From Utricularia gibba (lineage: Eukaryota > Plantae > Magnoliophyta): a stretch of DNA of 64,000 nucleotides. The stretch spans positions 8,184,001-8,248,000 of the forward strand of contig CM007989.1 in the NCBI GenBank assembly GCA_002189035.1, in the 5' to 3' direction. Below the pieces are notes generated by a model that saw only the letters and a program-made list of their open reading frames with translations, was not told where the DNA came from and made no database searches. Both the position numbers and the translations under genes were made by a program. Numbering within the stretch: the first letter of the stretch is position 1; each line of letters begins with the position of its first letter. This document shows, one piece after another, positions 53,067 to 64,000 of the stretch.

Positions 53067-55382
53067 ATGGGGGTGCTTGGCTTCTTCTTCTTGCTCTCCG
53101 GCTGCTTTTCGTCCACGTTTTTTGTCGCCGGTGGGGATTCGACGAGGACCACTTACATTGTGTACGTCGATGGATCCGCGAAGCCGGAGGAGTTTACCGA
53201 CCATTTGCAATGGTATTCGTCGCTGGTGCGGGACTCCGTGTCGCCGCTTGCGGCAGAGGAGTCGGAGGAGGAGAGGATTCTGTACACGTACGGCACCGCT
53301 TTCCACGGCGTGGCGGCGCGTCTCGGTGAGGAGGAAGTGGAGAGGCTGCGGGTCAAGAATGGGGTTCTTGCGGTTTACCCGGAGACGGTGTACCATCTCC
53401 ACACTACCAGAAGTCCGACGTTTCTAGGGCTTGACATTGGGGCTGGTTCAGAGTCGTGGGCGGAGAAGGTCGGTGATTATGACGTTGTTGTTGGAGTCCT
53501 GGATACAGGGATCTGGCCGGAAAGCCCCAGCTTCAACGAAACGGGAATGGGCCCAGTTCCGGCAAGATGGAAAGGGGCGTGTGAAGTTGGGCATAATTTC
53601 GAGAAGCACCACTGCAACCGGAAAATCGTGGGTGCCAGAGTTTTCTACCGTGGCTACGAGGCGGCGTCTGGGAAAATGAAGGAAGATGTGGAGTTTAGGT
53701 CACCGAGAGATCAAGATGGGCATGGAACACACACGGCGGCGACGGTCGCCGGGTCACCGGTCCAGGGAGCGAATCTTCTCGGTTACGCTTATGGAACCGC
53801 CAGAGGTATGGCTCCTGGAGCGAGAGTTGCGGCGTACAAGGTTTGCTGGACAGGGGGGTGCTTCAGCTCCGATATTCTATCGGCGATTGACCAGGCGGTG
53901 GCTGACGGCGTTAATGTTCTGTCCATTTCTTTGGGCGGCGGAGTTTCATCGAATTACCGCGATACTTTGTCCGTTGCAGCTTTTGGGGCTATGGAAAAGG
54001 GCGTTTTTGTCTCCTGCTCAGCTGGAAATGGCGGCCCCGACCCTATAAGTCTCACCAATGTCTCGCCGTGGGTGACAACCGTTGGAGCCAGCACTATGGA
54101 CAGAGATTTTCCGGCCACCGTGAAGCTCGGAAATGGCCAAACATTCACAGGAGCTTCACTCTATAAAGGTCGCAGGAACCTCTCACCCAACCAGCAATAC
54201 TCTTTGATCTATCAAGGCAGCAACTCAACCAACTTAACGCCGAGCTCAATGTGCCTTGATGGAACGCTCGACCGGAGTAAAGTCGCTGGAAAAATTGTGA
54301 TCTGTGACCGTGGAATCAGTCCCCGTGTTCAAAAGGGTCAGGTTGTGAAGGATGCTGGAGGAATTGGGATGATTCTGTCAAACACCGCCGCCAACGGTGA
54401 GGAGTTAGTAGCGGATTGCCATCTCCTCCCCGCCGTCGCCGTGGGTGAATCTACCGGGAAAATCATTAAGCATTACGCAGCGACGAATCCAGGAGCCTCG
54501 GCTACACTTTCCTTCCTCGGAACTAAGCTGAAAGTCCGGCCGTCGCCGATAGTCGCGGCGTTCTCATCCCGTGGGCCGAATATTCTCTCCCTAGAAATCC
54601 TGAAACCCGATATCGTTGCTCCCGGAGTTAACATCCTCGCCGCCTGGACCGGCAATCTCGGGCCGTCTAGTCTCCCGAACGATCACCGGAGAACGAGGTT
54701 CAACATTTTGTCGGGAACCTCCATGTCTTGTCCCCACGTTAGCGGTATCGCGGCGATGATAAAATCCCGACGGCCCAACTGGTCCCCCGCCGCCATTAAG
54801 TCCGCCTTGATGACCACCGCCTACATTCATGATAACACCCTCAAACCCCTCAGAGACGCATCTTCAGCGTCGTTTTCAACCCCTTACGACCACGGCGCTG
54901 GTCACATAAACCCCATGAAAGCCCTCAACCCCGGCCTGATCTACGACATTCAACCTCAAGAATACTTCGATTTCCTGTGCAGTCAGGGCCTCCATTCCAC
55001 CGAGCTCGCTGTTTTCGCCAAATTCTCTCGGAGAACTTGTCACCGGTCGGTTACCAAACCCGGAGACCTCAACTATCCGGCGATCTCCGCTGTGTTCCCG
55101 GAGACCCAGAACGTGACTACGGTTACCCTGCGGCGGACCGCGACCAATGTGGGCAGCCCGAATTCCACTTACCACCCAGTAATCTCCTCCTTCAAGGGGG
55201 CAACTGTGAAAGTCAAGCCCGCGAATCTGGTGTTTTCGGCGGAGAAGAAGAGCATAACCTACGAGATCACTTTCATCACCAAGACCAGACCGACGGCACC
55301 GGAGTTCGGGTCCATCATATGGAAAGACGGCGTCCACGCCGTCCGAAGTCCGATTGTTATCACATGGCTTCCCCCGCTGTAA
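53067..55382 (+). CDS. SBT1.3: Intronless subtilisin-like serine protease SBT1.3
   Basis: I9 prodomain, LHTTRSPTFL, VLDTGIWPES (Asp), GHGTHTA (His), SGTSMSCPH (Ser) and ends SPIVITWLPPL. Start is 53067, or 53056 if a G is missing. Confidence 0.95.
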   Translation: MGVLGFFFLLSGCFSSTFFVAGGDSTRTTYIVYVDGSAKPEEFTDHLQWYSSLVRDSVSPLAAEESEEERILYTYGTAFHGVAARLGEEEVERLRVKNGVLAVYPETVYHLHTTRSPTFLGLDIGAGSESWAEKVGDYDVVVGVLDTGIWPESPSFNETGMGPVPARWKGACEVGHNFEKHHCNRKIVGARVFYRGYEAASGKMKEDVEFRSPRDQDGHGTHTAATVAGSPVQGANLLGYAYGTARGMAPGARVAAYKVCWTGGCFSSDILSAIDQAVADGVNVLSISLGGGVSSNYRDTLSVAAFGAMEKGVFVSCSAGNGGPDPISLTNVSPWVTTVGASTMDRDFPATVKLGNGQTFTGASLYKGRRNLSPNQQYSLIYQGSNSTNLTPSSMCLDGTLDRSKVAGKIVICDRGISPRVQKGQVVKDAGGIGMILSNTAANGEELVADCHLLPAVAVGESTGKIIKHYAATNPGASATLSFLGTKLKVRPSPIVAAFSSRGPNILSLEILKPDIVAPGVNILAAWTGNLGPSSLPNDHRRTRFNILSGTSMSCPHVSGIAAMIKSRRPNWSPAAIKSALMTTAYIHDNTLKPLRDASSASFSTPYDHGAGHINPMKALNPGLIYDIQPQEYFDFLCSQGLHSTELAVFAKFSRRTCHRSVTKPGDLNYPAISAVFPETQNVTTVTLRRTATNVGSPNSTYHPVISSFKGATVKVKPANLVFSAEKKSITYEITFITKTRPTAPEFGSIIWKDGVHAVRSPIVITWLPPL

Positions 55383-55639
55383 TCGTTCCGGCGAATGCGA
55401 AAAATCTTACCCAACCCCCATGGATTGATTCCTTTGCTTTCTTCTTCTCGTTCTTCTGGTTTGAATTCTGACCTACTTTCAGAAATGGGCCTTTTCCTTC
55501 AGCAGCCTACTGGGCCTTCGAGCTGGATAGTTTCCTCATGGGCCTCATCAATTTAATAATTAATAATTTATTTTTTATAGCGTACGGAAAATCGAAATTT
55601 ATTTATACACTCGCCACCGCGAGACCCATCGACCCAAAG

Positions 55640-56525
55640 ATGCTCCCTTGTTCTGCAGACCAGCATTTGATGCTCAACAGCCCTCCCGCTCTTTTCCGGC
55701 AAGATTTCGCCCCATTCAAGGAGGATTCCGGCGCCCGGAATGGGGTCGAAGAGAAGAACGAGTTCCAGATGAAGAGGAGGATTATGCGCAGAGATATCGA
55801 GAGGCAGCGCCGCCAGCAAATGGCTGCTCTCTACACTTGTCTCCGATCACTTCTCCCCCTGCAGTATATCCGGGTGACCTGCGCATTCCCTCGCACCTTG
55901 AAATCTTTTGATTATCCTGAACTAAGAGAGTGCCCGGTAGCTTCGTGTAGTTGGTTTAATCTTGTCTTTTTGGTTGACAGGGAAAGAGGTCGATGTCGGA
56001 TCATATGCAGGAAACCATGGATTACATCAAGAACACTGAAAGAAAGATCCAAGAGCTGCGCGAACTAAGAGAAAGGATGATAGACAACGGGTGCGGTCGT
56101 CGTTCGGCGTGTCCGGACAGGGCGTCGTTCCACGTCAGCTTGAGCTCTTTCGGAGGACGTTCGGGGGTGGTGGTTTTGGTCAGCTGCAAGGATGAGGAAG
56201 GGATCCCTCTGTCCAGAATCCTCATCGAGCTCATAAACTCGAATCTCACGGTCATTTGCTGCGTGTCCGCCAGAGCCTCTGATAGACTGCTGTACACCAT
56301 CCACTCCGAGGTGAATCTTGACCTACACCCTCCTGGTTTCGAAGAGTTTTTCATCAGTCCCCCTCGCTACTCACAGAATGAATGACAGATTCCCTTGCTT
56401 TTCATTATCATCATCACTGTTAGGTGGATGGTCACGTTCATGTTGGGGTTCTGCAGCAAAGAATGGTGAAGGCGATCAACGAGGCTGCCTTGCAAAACCA
56501 AACGGGCTACTGGATCAACACATGA
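55640..56525 (+). CDS. bHLH transcription factor, subgroup Ib (bHLH36/118/120/126-like), ~221 aa
   Basis: IMRRDIERQRRQQMAALY..LRSLLP / GKRSMSDHM...YIK; exons 55640-55873, 55981-56310 and 56424-56525 are in phase. Confidence 0.9.
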
Positions 56526-56650
56526 CTTGCAGCAAAATGCAGCATTCAGATTCATGAAGAACGCCGGCGAGGGTTCCTTTAGCGTTTTTTAATCCTTCCC
56601 CAGAAACAAAAAGAAGCAAACGGGCTACTGGATCAAGACGTGACTTGTCT
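56497..56650 (+). repeat. ~35-bp direct repeat (period 118) duplicating the bHLH C-terminal codons and stop
   Basis: CAAACGGGCTACTGGATCAA(C/G)AC(A/G)TGACTTG occurs at ~56499 and ~56617. Confidence 0.85.
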
Positions 56651-56851
56651 GCTAGCTGCTTTTCACAACGCACATTTGTAGTGGCCATTATTACTGAAAA
56701 CGCGGCCGATTTCTCACCAGCCGGTGCCCTGCAGAGACACCACCAAAAAAATAAAAGCTTGATCAAGATTTTATTTTTTTACTATAAAAACCCCTCACCG
56801 GACGGGGAGCACGCGCCGCCGTAGCCCGACCCACGGCCCAAAGCTAAACAT
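56515..56851 (-). other. Candidate spliced antisense transcript with an 88-codon ORF
   Basis: A GTGAG...TGCAG U-rich 70-nt intron (56729-56798) joins the ATG at 56851 to a stop at 56515 in frame. Confidence 0.35.
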
Positions 56852-57070
56852 GGGCCATCGCCGTGCGTGTCCCTGATTTACCAAGTCCGGACCAGTTGCC
56901 ACTGACAGACACCTATTGTTGGGCTTGAGCGATAACCCTCAATTGGGCCCAGCGGTGGCGACATATCGGCCCATATTTAATTAAACTACACACTATCGGC
57001 CCAATTCAATTTAGAAATATCTCTAGGCTCAGAAACCCTAATGGGCCTCATGTAACCTCAGGCCCATTTT
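56830..57070. promoter_or_regulatory. Orphan Site II cluster plus telo-box
   Basis: About eight TGGGCY/RGCCCA motifs and AAACCCTA at 57033-57040; no recognisable gene start nearby. Confidence 0.55.
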
Positions 57071-58856
57071 TCCTGACTCGGGTCTGCTGCAGTGTCGTCG
57101 AATGCGGACACTCTTTCGTGAAAACTTTCTATTTTTACAAAAAAACCTTCCCGGCCATGTGTTCATTTCCTATTGGCTAGTATCCTCCAGTGGAAAAACA
57201 CACTGGCAGAAATATCTGCACAAAAAATTAATCGCGGGATGTTTCCGTCATTTCCTGGTGTGGGCCCCACATCCAGCTCGAAAGAATCGAGTGCGGCGTC
57301 CCTCACCTGCACCTGAAGCAATTTTCGCAAACAAATCCCCTTGGCGCTGCAGCGCTCAAATTCAGATGCACATGTAATTAAATTTGTGATTCATTTGAGT
57401 GGAGACCTTTTTTTTTTTTTTCTTTTAGCATATTCAAGATTAAAAAAATTAATATTTTAACCAGAAAAGTATATATAAAAAAAGAATAATTGGAAAACGA
57501 CAAAGAAGGGAATAGACAAAGAGCAGGTGCTGTGGGTCCACCCCGCTGTCGCGTAGTCCTCACTACCAAAAAAATAATTATTATTTTCATCGGCAAAAAA
57601 GGCGAATAAAAATAATCCCCCTTTGCAGACTCTAGGGGAACCAATCATCTTCTGCCACGTGGTCTGCGAATCAATACTATTTTAGGGGGGGCATGTATGT
57701 GTGGTGGGTTACAATGTCGCACTGTTGTCCATGAATATATTCTATGCTCTCCTAATTTACATTTATACAGTAACACGTAAATTAATCGTAACGAATTCGA
57801 GCATTCTCAATTCGTTAACATTATTTTCCATACAATCTTACAATTCAAAGTGAATTTGTACTAATCCGTGTCGATGGTTCGATGATTTTGTAAAAAGGTT
57901 GCATGGGCATTGCCAAGGCATGCATGATAGGAATATATACGTATTAGTGGACAGGTATTCGCCACTTTTTAATTAAATATTATTTTGGATGGAAATCTTC
58001 ATTTCTTTTCGCGATCCAATCAGACCATCACACGTGGCGCCAGCGTTATCACACAGATCCGTACACAAATGGATTAGTACCATAATGATCATTAAATGCG
58101 ATAATGGCGACTCAAGTCGCCGTGCCTTAACACAGACAGAGAACTTGAGAGCTTTTTTTCCTTCCAAGAGGCGCACTGACGAAAAGGGGCGTACCCTCTG
58201 TGTGTTCTCACCCCTACTCTACTGTCATTAGCAGTTAATAATGCTTTAAAGAAGTTGAAATTAACCTGCCCAGAACGTGGCTTCTCTGTAAAGGGCTGTG
58301 TTTGGAGTTTTATGGAAGAAGAGGAGGATGGTGCAGGGAGGAAGAAGGGGGAACAGAGAGCGTAACCATTACGGCCCACGTCTGGTTTCTGGCTTGGAAT
58401 GCCCCCACTCATCTCCAAATCACATCCAGATATCCTCAAACAGTGGATCGAAACGAATCCAGACTTTGGAATGAGACATTATGTAGGACACGGAACAGGT
58501 AATAAAAACAAGAAGGATAATGGGTGGATAAAGAAGCACGAACACATTGCCATATGAATCTAATTCTGCATACTTTATTCACGAGTTGCAATGCAGAGTC
58601 AGTTTTCAACAATATTTTGTTCCATTGTCCATACTTTATCGGATAGTTGCCTTTGGGGATTTGTTCAATTGCTGTATTGTTTTTCACTGCATTTCAAAAA
58701 AGGGCTTTTTCTCGAGGTAAAAAGATGGCTGCGATCCGATCCAACAGAAGAAAACAAGACATAGTGGTTGATAGTTCTGCAGGAAAAAAAAACAATACTC
58801 GTGGGTTCCTAGTGCAAGAAAATTCCCTTTTGTCATGGAGTGGTGCTGTCGGTGGT

Positions 58857-60160
58857 CTAGCGTTGCCGCTGCGTCGATTCGTTGACAGTCCATTCAGCAA
58901 ACGCCTCGAGGGTTTTAATGTCGGCTCTGTAATGCTTCTGCGTGAAAGCCAAGAAATCTCCCCATCGGAAATCCGGGTACAACCGTGGATGATCGGAATC
59001 CACCAGCTCCATCGGGGGGGCCACCACTCTAGCCTTCTTCGGGCAAAGGAAAAATGCCAGTGATTTCCTAGGATTCTGCCTGTTCACCACCGCCCTGTGC
59101 AGGCAGCTTTTGTATCTTCCGTTGGAAAGAGCCTGCCCAAAACGAACTCTTTAAGACAATTCAATGGCAAACTCACTACTCCAAAAGAAATGATTATTAC
59201 GGTGAAGGTGTCGCCGATGATGACGACAAAAGCATCGGAACTTGGATTTACGGACCACCATTGATCGTCGGAGAAGACCTGCAGCCCGGGGACTTTGTCT
59301 TGGTGAAGCAAAGTGATGGTGGTGGGATCGCAATGAGGCCCGGTTCCAAGCGCCTGCGCCGGTTCCCTGCACGGCGGGTAGTAGTTGAGTCTCATTATGG
59401 ACTCGTTCTCTTCGTAAACGTCGGTGAAATTCTCCGGTGGCACTCCCAGGCTCAAAGCAAGCACCTTCATTATCCCTAGTGCCAGTTCACTCATCGCACC
59501 ACAATATTCCTGATAGGCTTTCCTGGAAGTCAGAGGTTTGGTTAGGGTACTTGACAGACGACTCCATTTAATTCCTTGTTATACATCATAAACCAATGCA
59601 GAAGAGAATAAGTCATACCCTAAATGGGAGAACTCGCCGCCGAGCGCTGTACGGAAGTATTCCTCGACGTTGCCGGACTTGGGATACCCTTTTGACTCCT
59701 TATACTCGAAGGAGAGCGTCTCCTTCCAGGGAAGCTTGGAAGAGAATCTTCTAGTAAAGCTGCTGGCGTAACCGCAATGCTCTCCCAGCTTCCTCTCAAT
59801 CGCTTGTTTCCGATCAAGGGGCTGCCTAAAGAAATGCTCCATGCATCGGTGCGCCTCCGCAATGAGCCCGGCATCAACACCGTGGTTAACCACCAGAAAA
59901 AATCCATATCTCGAACATGCCTCCCCAACGAGACGCGACGCCTCGAGGAGTGCATCGGGGTCACCAGTGAGCAACCCCGACACGTCGACACATGCCCCCT
60001 GGAGCTCCGGTGGGTCGAGACAGGGCCGTTCGTGGTCGGGCCAGACGAACTGGGAGGGGATGGTGGCGGCATTTTGCAAAACGGCGGCGTCGAAGACCAG
60101 CGCCGGAGTGGCGGAGTCACGCTTGGTGTTGGGTTGAGGCGTGGGGAGAATGATAGTCAT
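58857..60160 (-). CDS. GA20ox: Gibberellin 20-oxidase
   Basis: [20 protein letters not shown] and [16 protein letters not shown]; exons 59619-60160, 59201-59522 and 58857-59132 are in phase. Confidence 0.95.
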
Positions 60161-60310
60161 GGTGGGAGGGGGGATTCTCCTCTTTGGGAAAGAAGTGTAA
60201 TAACAAGAGAATACGGAATGGGAGGTTTCACGATGGAAAAAGAACAACAGACCTGTAAGTGGCGACACAGCAAAAGCCAAGAGTGAAATGGCAATTGCCA
60301 ATTGGGCATC

Positions 60311-60317
60311 TTTATAG
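60311..60317 (-). promoter_or_regulatory. Putative TATA box of GA20ox
   Basis: CTATAAA on the minus strand, about 150 bp upstream of the ATG. Confidence 0.5.
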
Positions 60318-62030
60318 CGGGGGCCAGGGCCTCCGCTCCCGACATAAAACAAGCAAACAGACCCCATGGGGACGGAGGGTGTCTTTGCAAAAAAGTCCCT
60401 ATACTTATCCCATATTCTCCCGCAACCCCTAACTATTCATCCAAAATTGTTTTTAATAACAAATACACCTTTTTAAAAAGTTAATTTAAACCCACAAAAA
60501 TAAAAAAAATTACTGCGGTAACAAATGTGGTATATGTAACCTCCATATGAGACGGAGACAACTTGCCACATCCTTTTTTTAATAACAAAATAAAATAATT
60601 AAAAGGACCGTATCTATTGTACGAAATATTTATATGGTTTTGTCATATGCACCGACGGAACATGGAAACTTACTGTAGGAAAGCAATTGTGTTCCCCTTA
60701 TATATATATTATTTATGGAACAGTAATTTCTTTATTTACTTTTACCGGCACGGTAATTCCAAGGGTTGGTTTATTGTGTGTATCAGCTGGGGTGCGTGCG
60801 TGCGCGCATGTGGAAGCCAACATGTGGCACAGTGCACGCAGCATGTGTTTGGAGTTATTAGTTGGAAATATTAAAAAATAATATTTAGTGTGAAAAAATA
60901 ATAGAGTATTAAGGGAGACAGAGAGGAAGCAGCCACTTTTCATTTGGATAGATATGTGCCGTCGTGCCATCCATAGATTAGAATATTCCCTTTATCAAAA
61001 GACATGTTTGGCAGAAAGCCAAAAATGACCAAAGGAAAACTTTTTATGCCATTGCTTTAAAATTTGAGGTTATATTTGATTCAATCATTTATGTTTTTCT
61101 TGTTCAATATTTTTATTTTACATATTCAATTCTCACAATTTTATGTTTTTATTTATATTAAAATATCTCATATCAGATTAAACAAATATTTCTATTTAAA
61201 CATGTTACTTTTTCTGTGTGTAACCAATATAGTATACTGTTTGCTAATCTTACATTCATGATTTTTTTGTATTGAATTTAATAATATTTATATCATGTAA
61301 TTATTTTATGATAAATTAAATAATAGATTACCAAACATACGTATAAACCTTAAAAAATTAAAAAGACGAAAGGGGTAATGCTGTACAAGTGTGTGGGATA
61401 AGTGTTGATTCCACCATGCGCGCATCATTCAGACAGCGAATCCGGCAGAATGCAAAGCTACCATGATCACGTTATGTCTTTTGAAACCGTGTGCACAAAG
61501 GGGACTGACTCTGGGTGCCCAAACAAACCGGTGGCGCTGATCGGGAGCCCATGGCCCGAGCCTGTCTCTAGACCGGAGCAGCAGCCCAGGGCCCAATGCC
61601 TCGGCCCGCAAACACCAACGATCTAATAACAAACCCCATAAATATTATAACGAGTGTTTAGTTGATAGAATTGAGAACTCAATCTACCATTCTGCAATGA
61701 GAACATTGCTTCTAATTTACTATCAAATCGGTCTTTCGAAAACAAAAAAAAAAAAAAAAAAACTGAATCATTTTAAAGCATATTACTAAACACGCGATCA
61801 AGAGATTTAATTAACATTTTATATTCTAGTACGATCAAGCAAACACATCCGTGATGGTAAATAATAGATAGATAGATAGAGGGTGAAGAAACATAATGTT
61901 GGGGTGTCGATATTTATCACATGTAACCACGAGGCAACACATGCACATCCATTCACATGACATAATGGCATTTTTTGCGCATCTTGTCTTCCCTTTTGCC
62001 ATGGGGGAGAATTAAAGAAGACCAATAGAC

Positions 62031-62055
62031 TATTATTATTATTATTATTATTATT
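62031..62055. repeat. (TAT)8 microsatellite
   Basis: Direct reading of the sequence. Confidence 0.9.
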
Positions 62056-63823
62056 GCTATGGGTATGGTTGATGTAATAAAGGCATGATGGGGATGGGGA
62101 CACGTGATGGGGGGGACGTGATTGGTGAGCAAGTGCACCCCCATTCTGGCCCTCACGTGACCGCCAGCCACTGCGTTTCTGAATACAAAGGAGCAGGAGC
62201 GAGCAGGAGCAGGAGCGCAGTCGGGTGAGGGAGTGAGCCAGCCCGAATCATACCGTTGCACTATTTATTCACCACACAACAAGCATAAGAGACAAGGGAT
62301 CTCCCTCTCCCATTATTTGTATTGTCCTAAAAGGATCAGATCTTGTCCTCTTTTCTCCACCATGCCCTACGCTTGGACGACATCTCACAACCACCACCAT
62401 CTCTGTCCTCCAAGAATTCACCACAACACCCTCATTGATTTCCACCCAGTTACAGTTAGAATGAATGATGGGTTTCATCATCACCATCCTCCATTGCCAT
62501 TGCCATTGCTGTGCTGCCTGATCAGTGTCAGGGAGGCAGTGGGAATGCCCCAGGAAGGAATCCTTTCTTTCTTTCTTTCTTTCTTTCCTTGTGTGTCTGC
62601 GTCTGCTGTCCTCGAGGGAAGCTCCCAGACACTGCAAGTGCACAATTATTCTGGGAGACATGTCACGCGGTGCTGGGCGTCGGGTCGGGGCTGCTCCGCC
62701 ACCGGCCAGCACCCTGGATCTCTAGTCTCCCTGTCTGCCTCGCCAATCATTCATCAAAGTTACTATTATCGAAATGTCTTCCCTTTTGCAGGGTCAAAAT
62801 CATCAAATTTAATGCCGTTTTTGATTGTGGCAGTACTTCAAAACCTACGGTAGATGTAATAACAAGGCAGATGTTCACACTTAGCCCCCAGGATGCAAGA
62901 ACCAGGAAAATAATTTTTTAAGGGTATTTTAATTGAAAAAATAAATACAGATCGTTGTCAAACCAAATATCTGGATCCCCGAGTCGAAATAACCGCTGTA
63001 TCCGACTGTTGCGCGATTGGCTGAAGGGGACACGCCGCGTGTCCTTTAACCTTCTCCAACTTGCCGACTCCGGTAAAAAAAGAAACACGTTTTTTTTTTT
63101 TTTAAATTTCTCGAAGACAGCTCGGGTTCAGCCCGGACACGGCGGGCGGGAGTACGCATTTTCAATAAAATAAAACAAAATAATCAATTAATTTCCTTGT
63201 CATAGATTCATCACCTCACACTCCCCTAAACAATCAATTTCACGCGGGTATGAACTTCCAAGCTTCAATCCCACATCCTCACTTGATCGATACACATACA
63301 TCATCATGGTTACCTCGTTTTTTGTCGGTCGAAACATACAATCCTCACGATTTTATTTTATTTAATCGTGTTCTTTTACTAAGGTAACTCAATAATTCTA
63401 TAGATGCAAGATTCATGTAAGGTAGTTAAATTAAACGAATCATATTGAGACAATTGAGTATAAAATTCTTTAAAATAAGAAATATTTCTAAAATTTTTAG
63501 AATGTAAATCGTTGGTATTTGATAATAAAATTACATTTGGACGGTTTTAGGGAAGGCTTAGTTGACACGGTTGGTTCACATTGGGTTGGGTACATGTGTG
63601 TGTACTCATATAATGTTGATGGATGGTAGGGCATTGGAGTCGTGGTCAGGAGTAATAAATAAATGGAAAATATGAAATTAATTTTGGCACTTGGGCGCTG
63701 AGTTGTAAAACTGGGGTGGGAGGCACGCGCCTGCCATGTCAGCTGGGCTTGACTGAGCGATCAGGTTACAGCTAGGAGGGAGGGAGGGGGGGCATGCGGT
63801 GGCTTGCCTTTTGGAGTTGGGGT

Positions 63824-63832
63824 CTATAAATA
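63824..63832 (+). promoter_or_regulatory. TATA box of a transcript continuing beyond the window end
   Basis: CTATAAATA followed by a CT-rich leader. Confidence 0.55.
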
Positions 63833-64000
63833 CCCGGTGACTGATGCTAGCCCCTTTATCGCCTTCCTCTCAAGTACCGTCTCTCTCCATTAAAGAAAGG
63901 AGGAGGGTACAGACAGAATTGTCGTGAGTTGACATGAGTGAAATCGAGCATGTTTGAAGATTGACTGACCTTTTTGTTTGCTTTCTTCTGGGAGAGAGGG

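Noticed and set aside
56353-56417. Antisense C/D-like motif in bHLH intron 2
   Set aside because: Only a 2-bp terminal stem and no recognised target.
62233-62853. 206-aa plus-strand ORF
   Set aside because: Low-complexity and microsatellite-derived composition with no domain; not called as a CDS.

Overview
This is nuclear DNA from a flowering plant, and it is very gene-dense: about 27 protein-coding loci in 64 kb, mostly with 65-150 nt GT-AG introns. That density fits a miniaturised genome such as Utricularia or Genlisea, but this is inference only. In order, the loci are: KAO/CYP88A (exon 1), a 98-aa unknown protein, UMP-CMP kinase, DRP1E-like dynamin, a DUF740-type protein, a PUP11-like permease, an FLZ zinc finger, a PBL19-like kinase, a trihelix factor, a UBC8-class E2, a small membrane protein, TIM21, a FIL-like YABBY, an SMO1-like sterol oxidase, an AHL, PEX11, cpFtsY, PLIM2, ANGUSTIFOLIA, a TPT-family transporter, a trihelix pseudogene relic, neurochondrin, a pectate lyase, SBT1.3, a subgroup-Ib bHLH and GA20ox. 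No tRNA, rRNA, CRISPR array or intact transposon was recognised. Five observations stand out. (1) Seven 1-bp deletions, at or beside short homopolymer runs, break six otherwise conserved genes; an eighth is possible in SBT1.3. Long-read consensus error is the most likely cause, so these genes should not be called pseudogenes without checking reads. (2) An unannotated spliced antisense unit next to an orphan Site II/telo-box promoter has an 88-codon ORF overlapping the bHLH stop. (3) A ~106-bp duplication of the AHL splice acceptor plus start codon could give isoforms with or without a uORF. (4) A near-perfect 166-bp tandem array lies upstream of the YABBY gene. (5) There is a GC-AG intron, a set of 3'UTR introns that could trigger NMD, and a genuine decayed trihelix relic. 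All exon structures were derived by hand and need RNA-seq confirmation.
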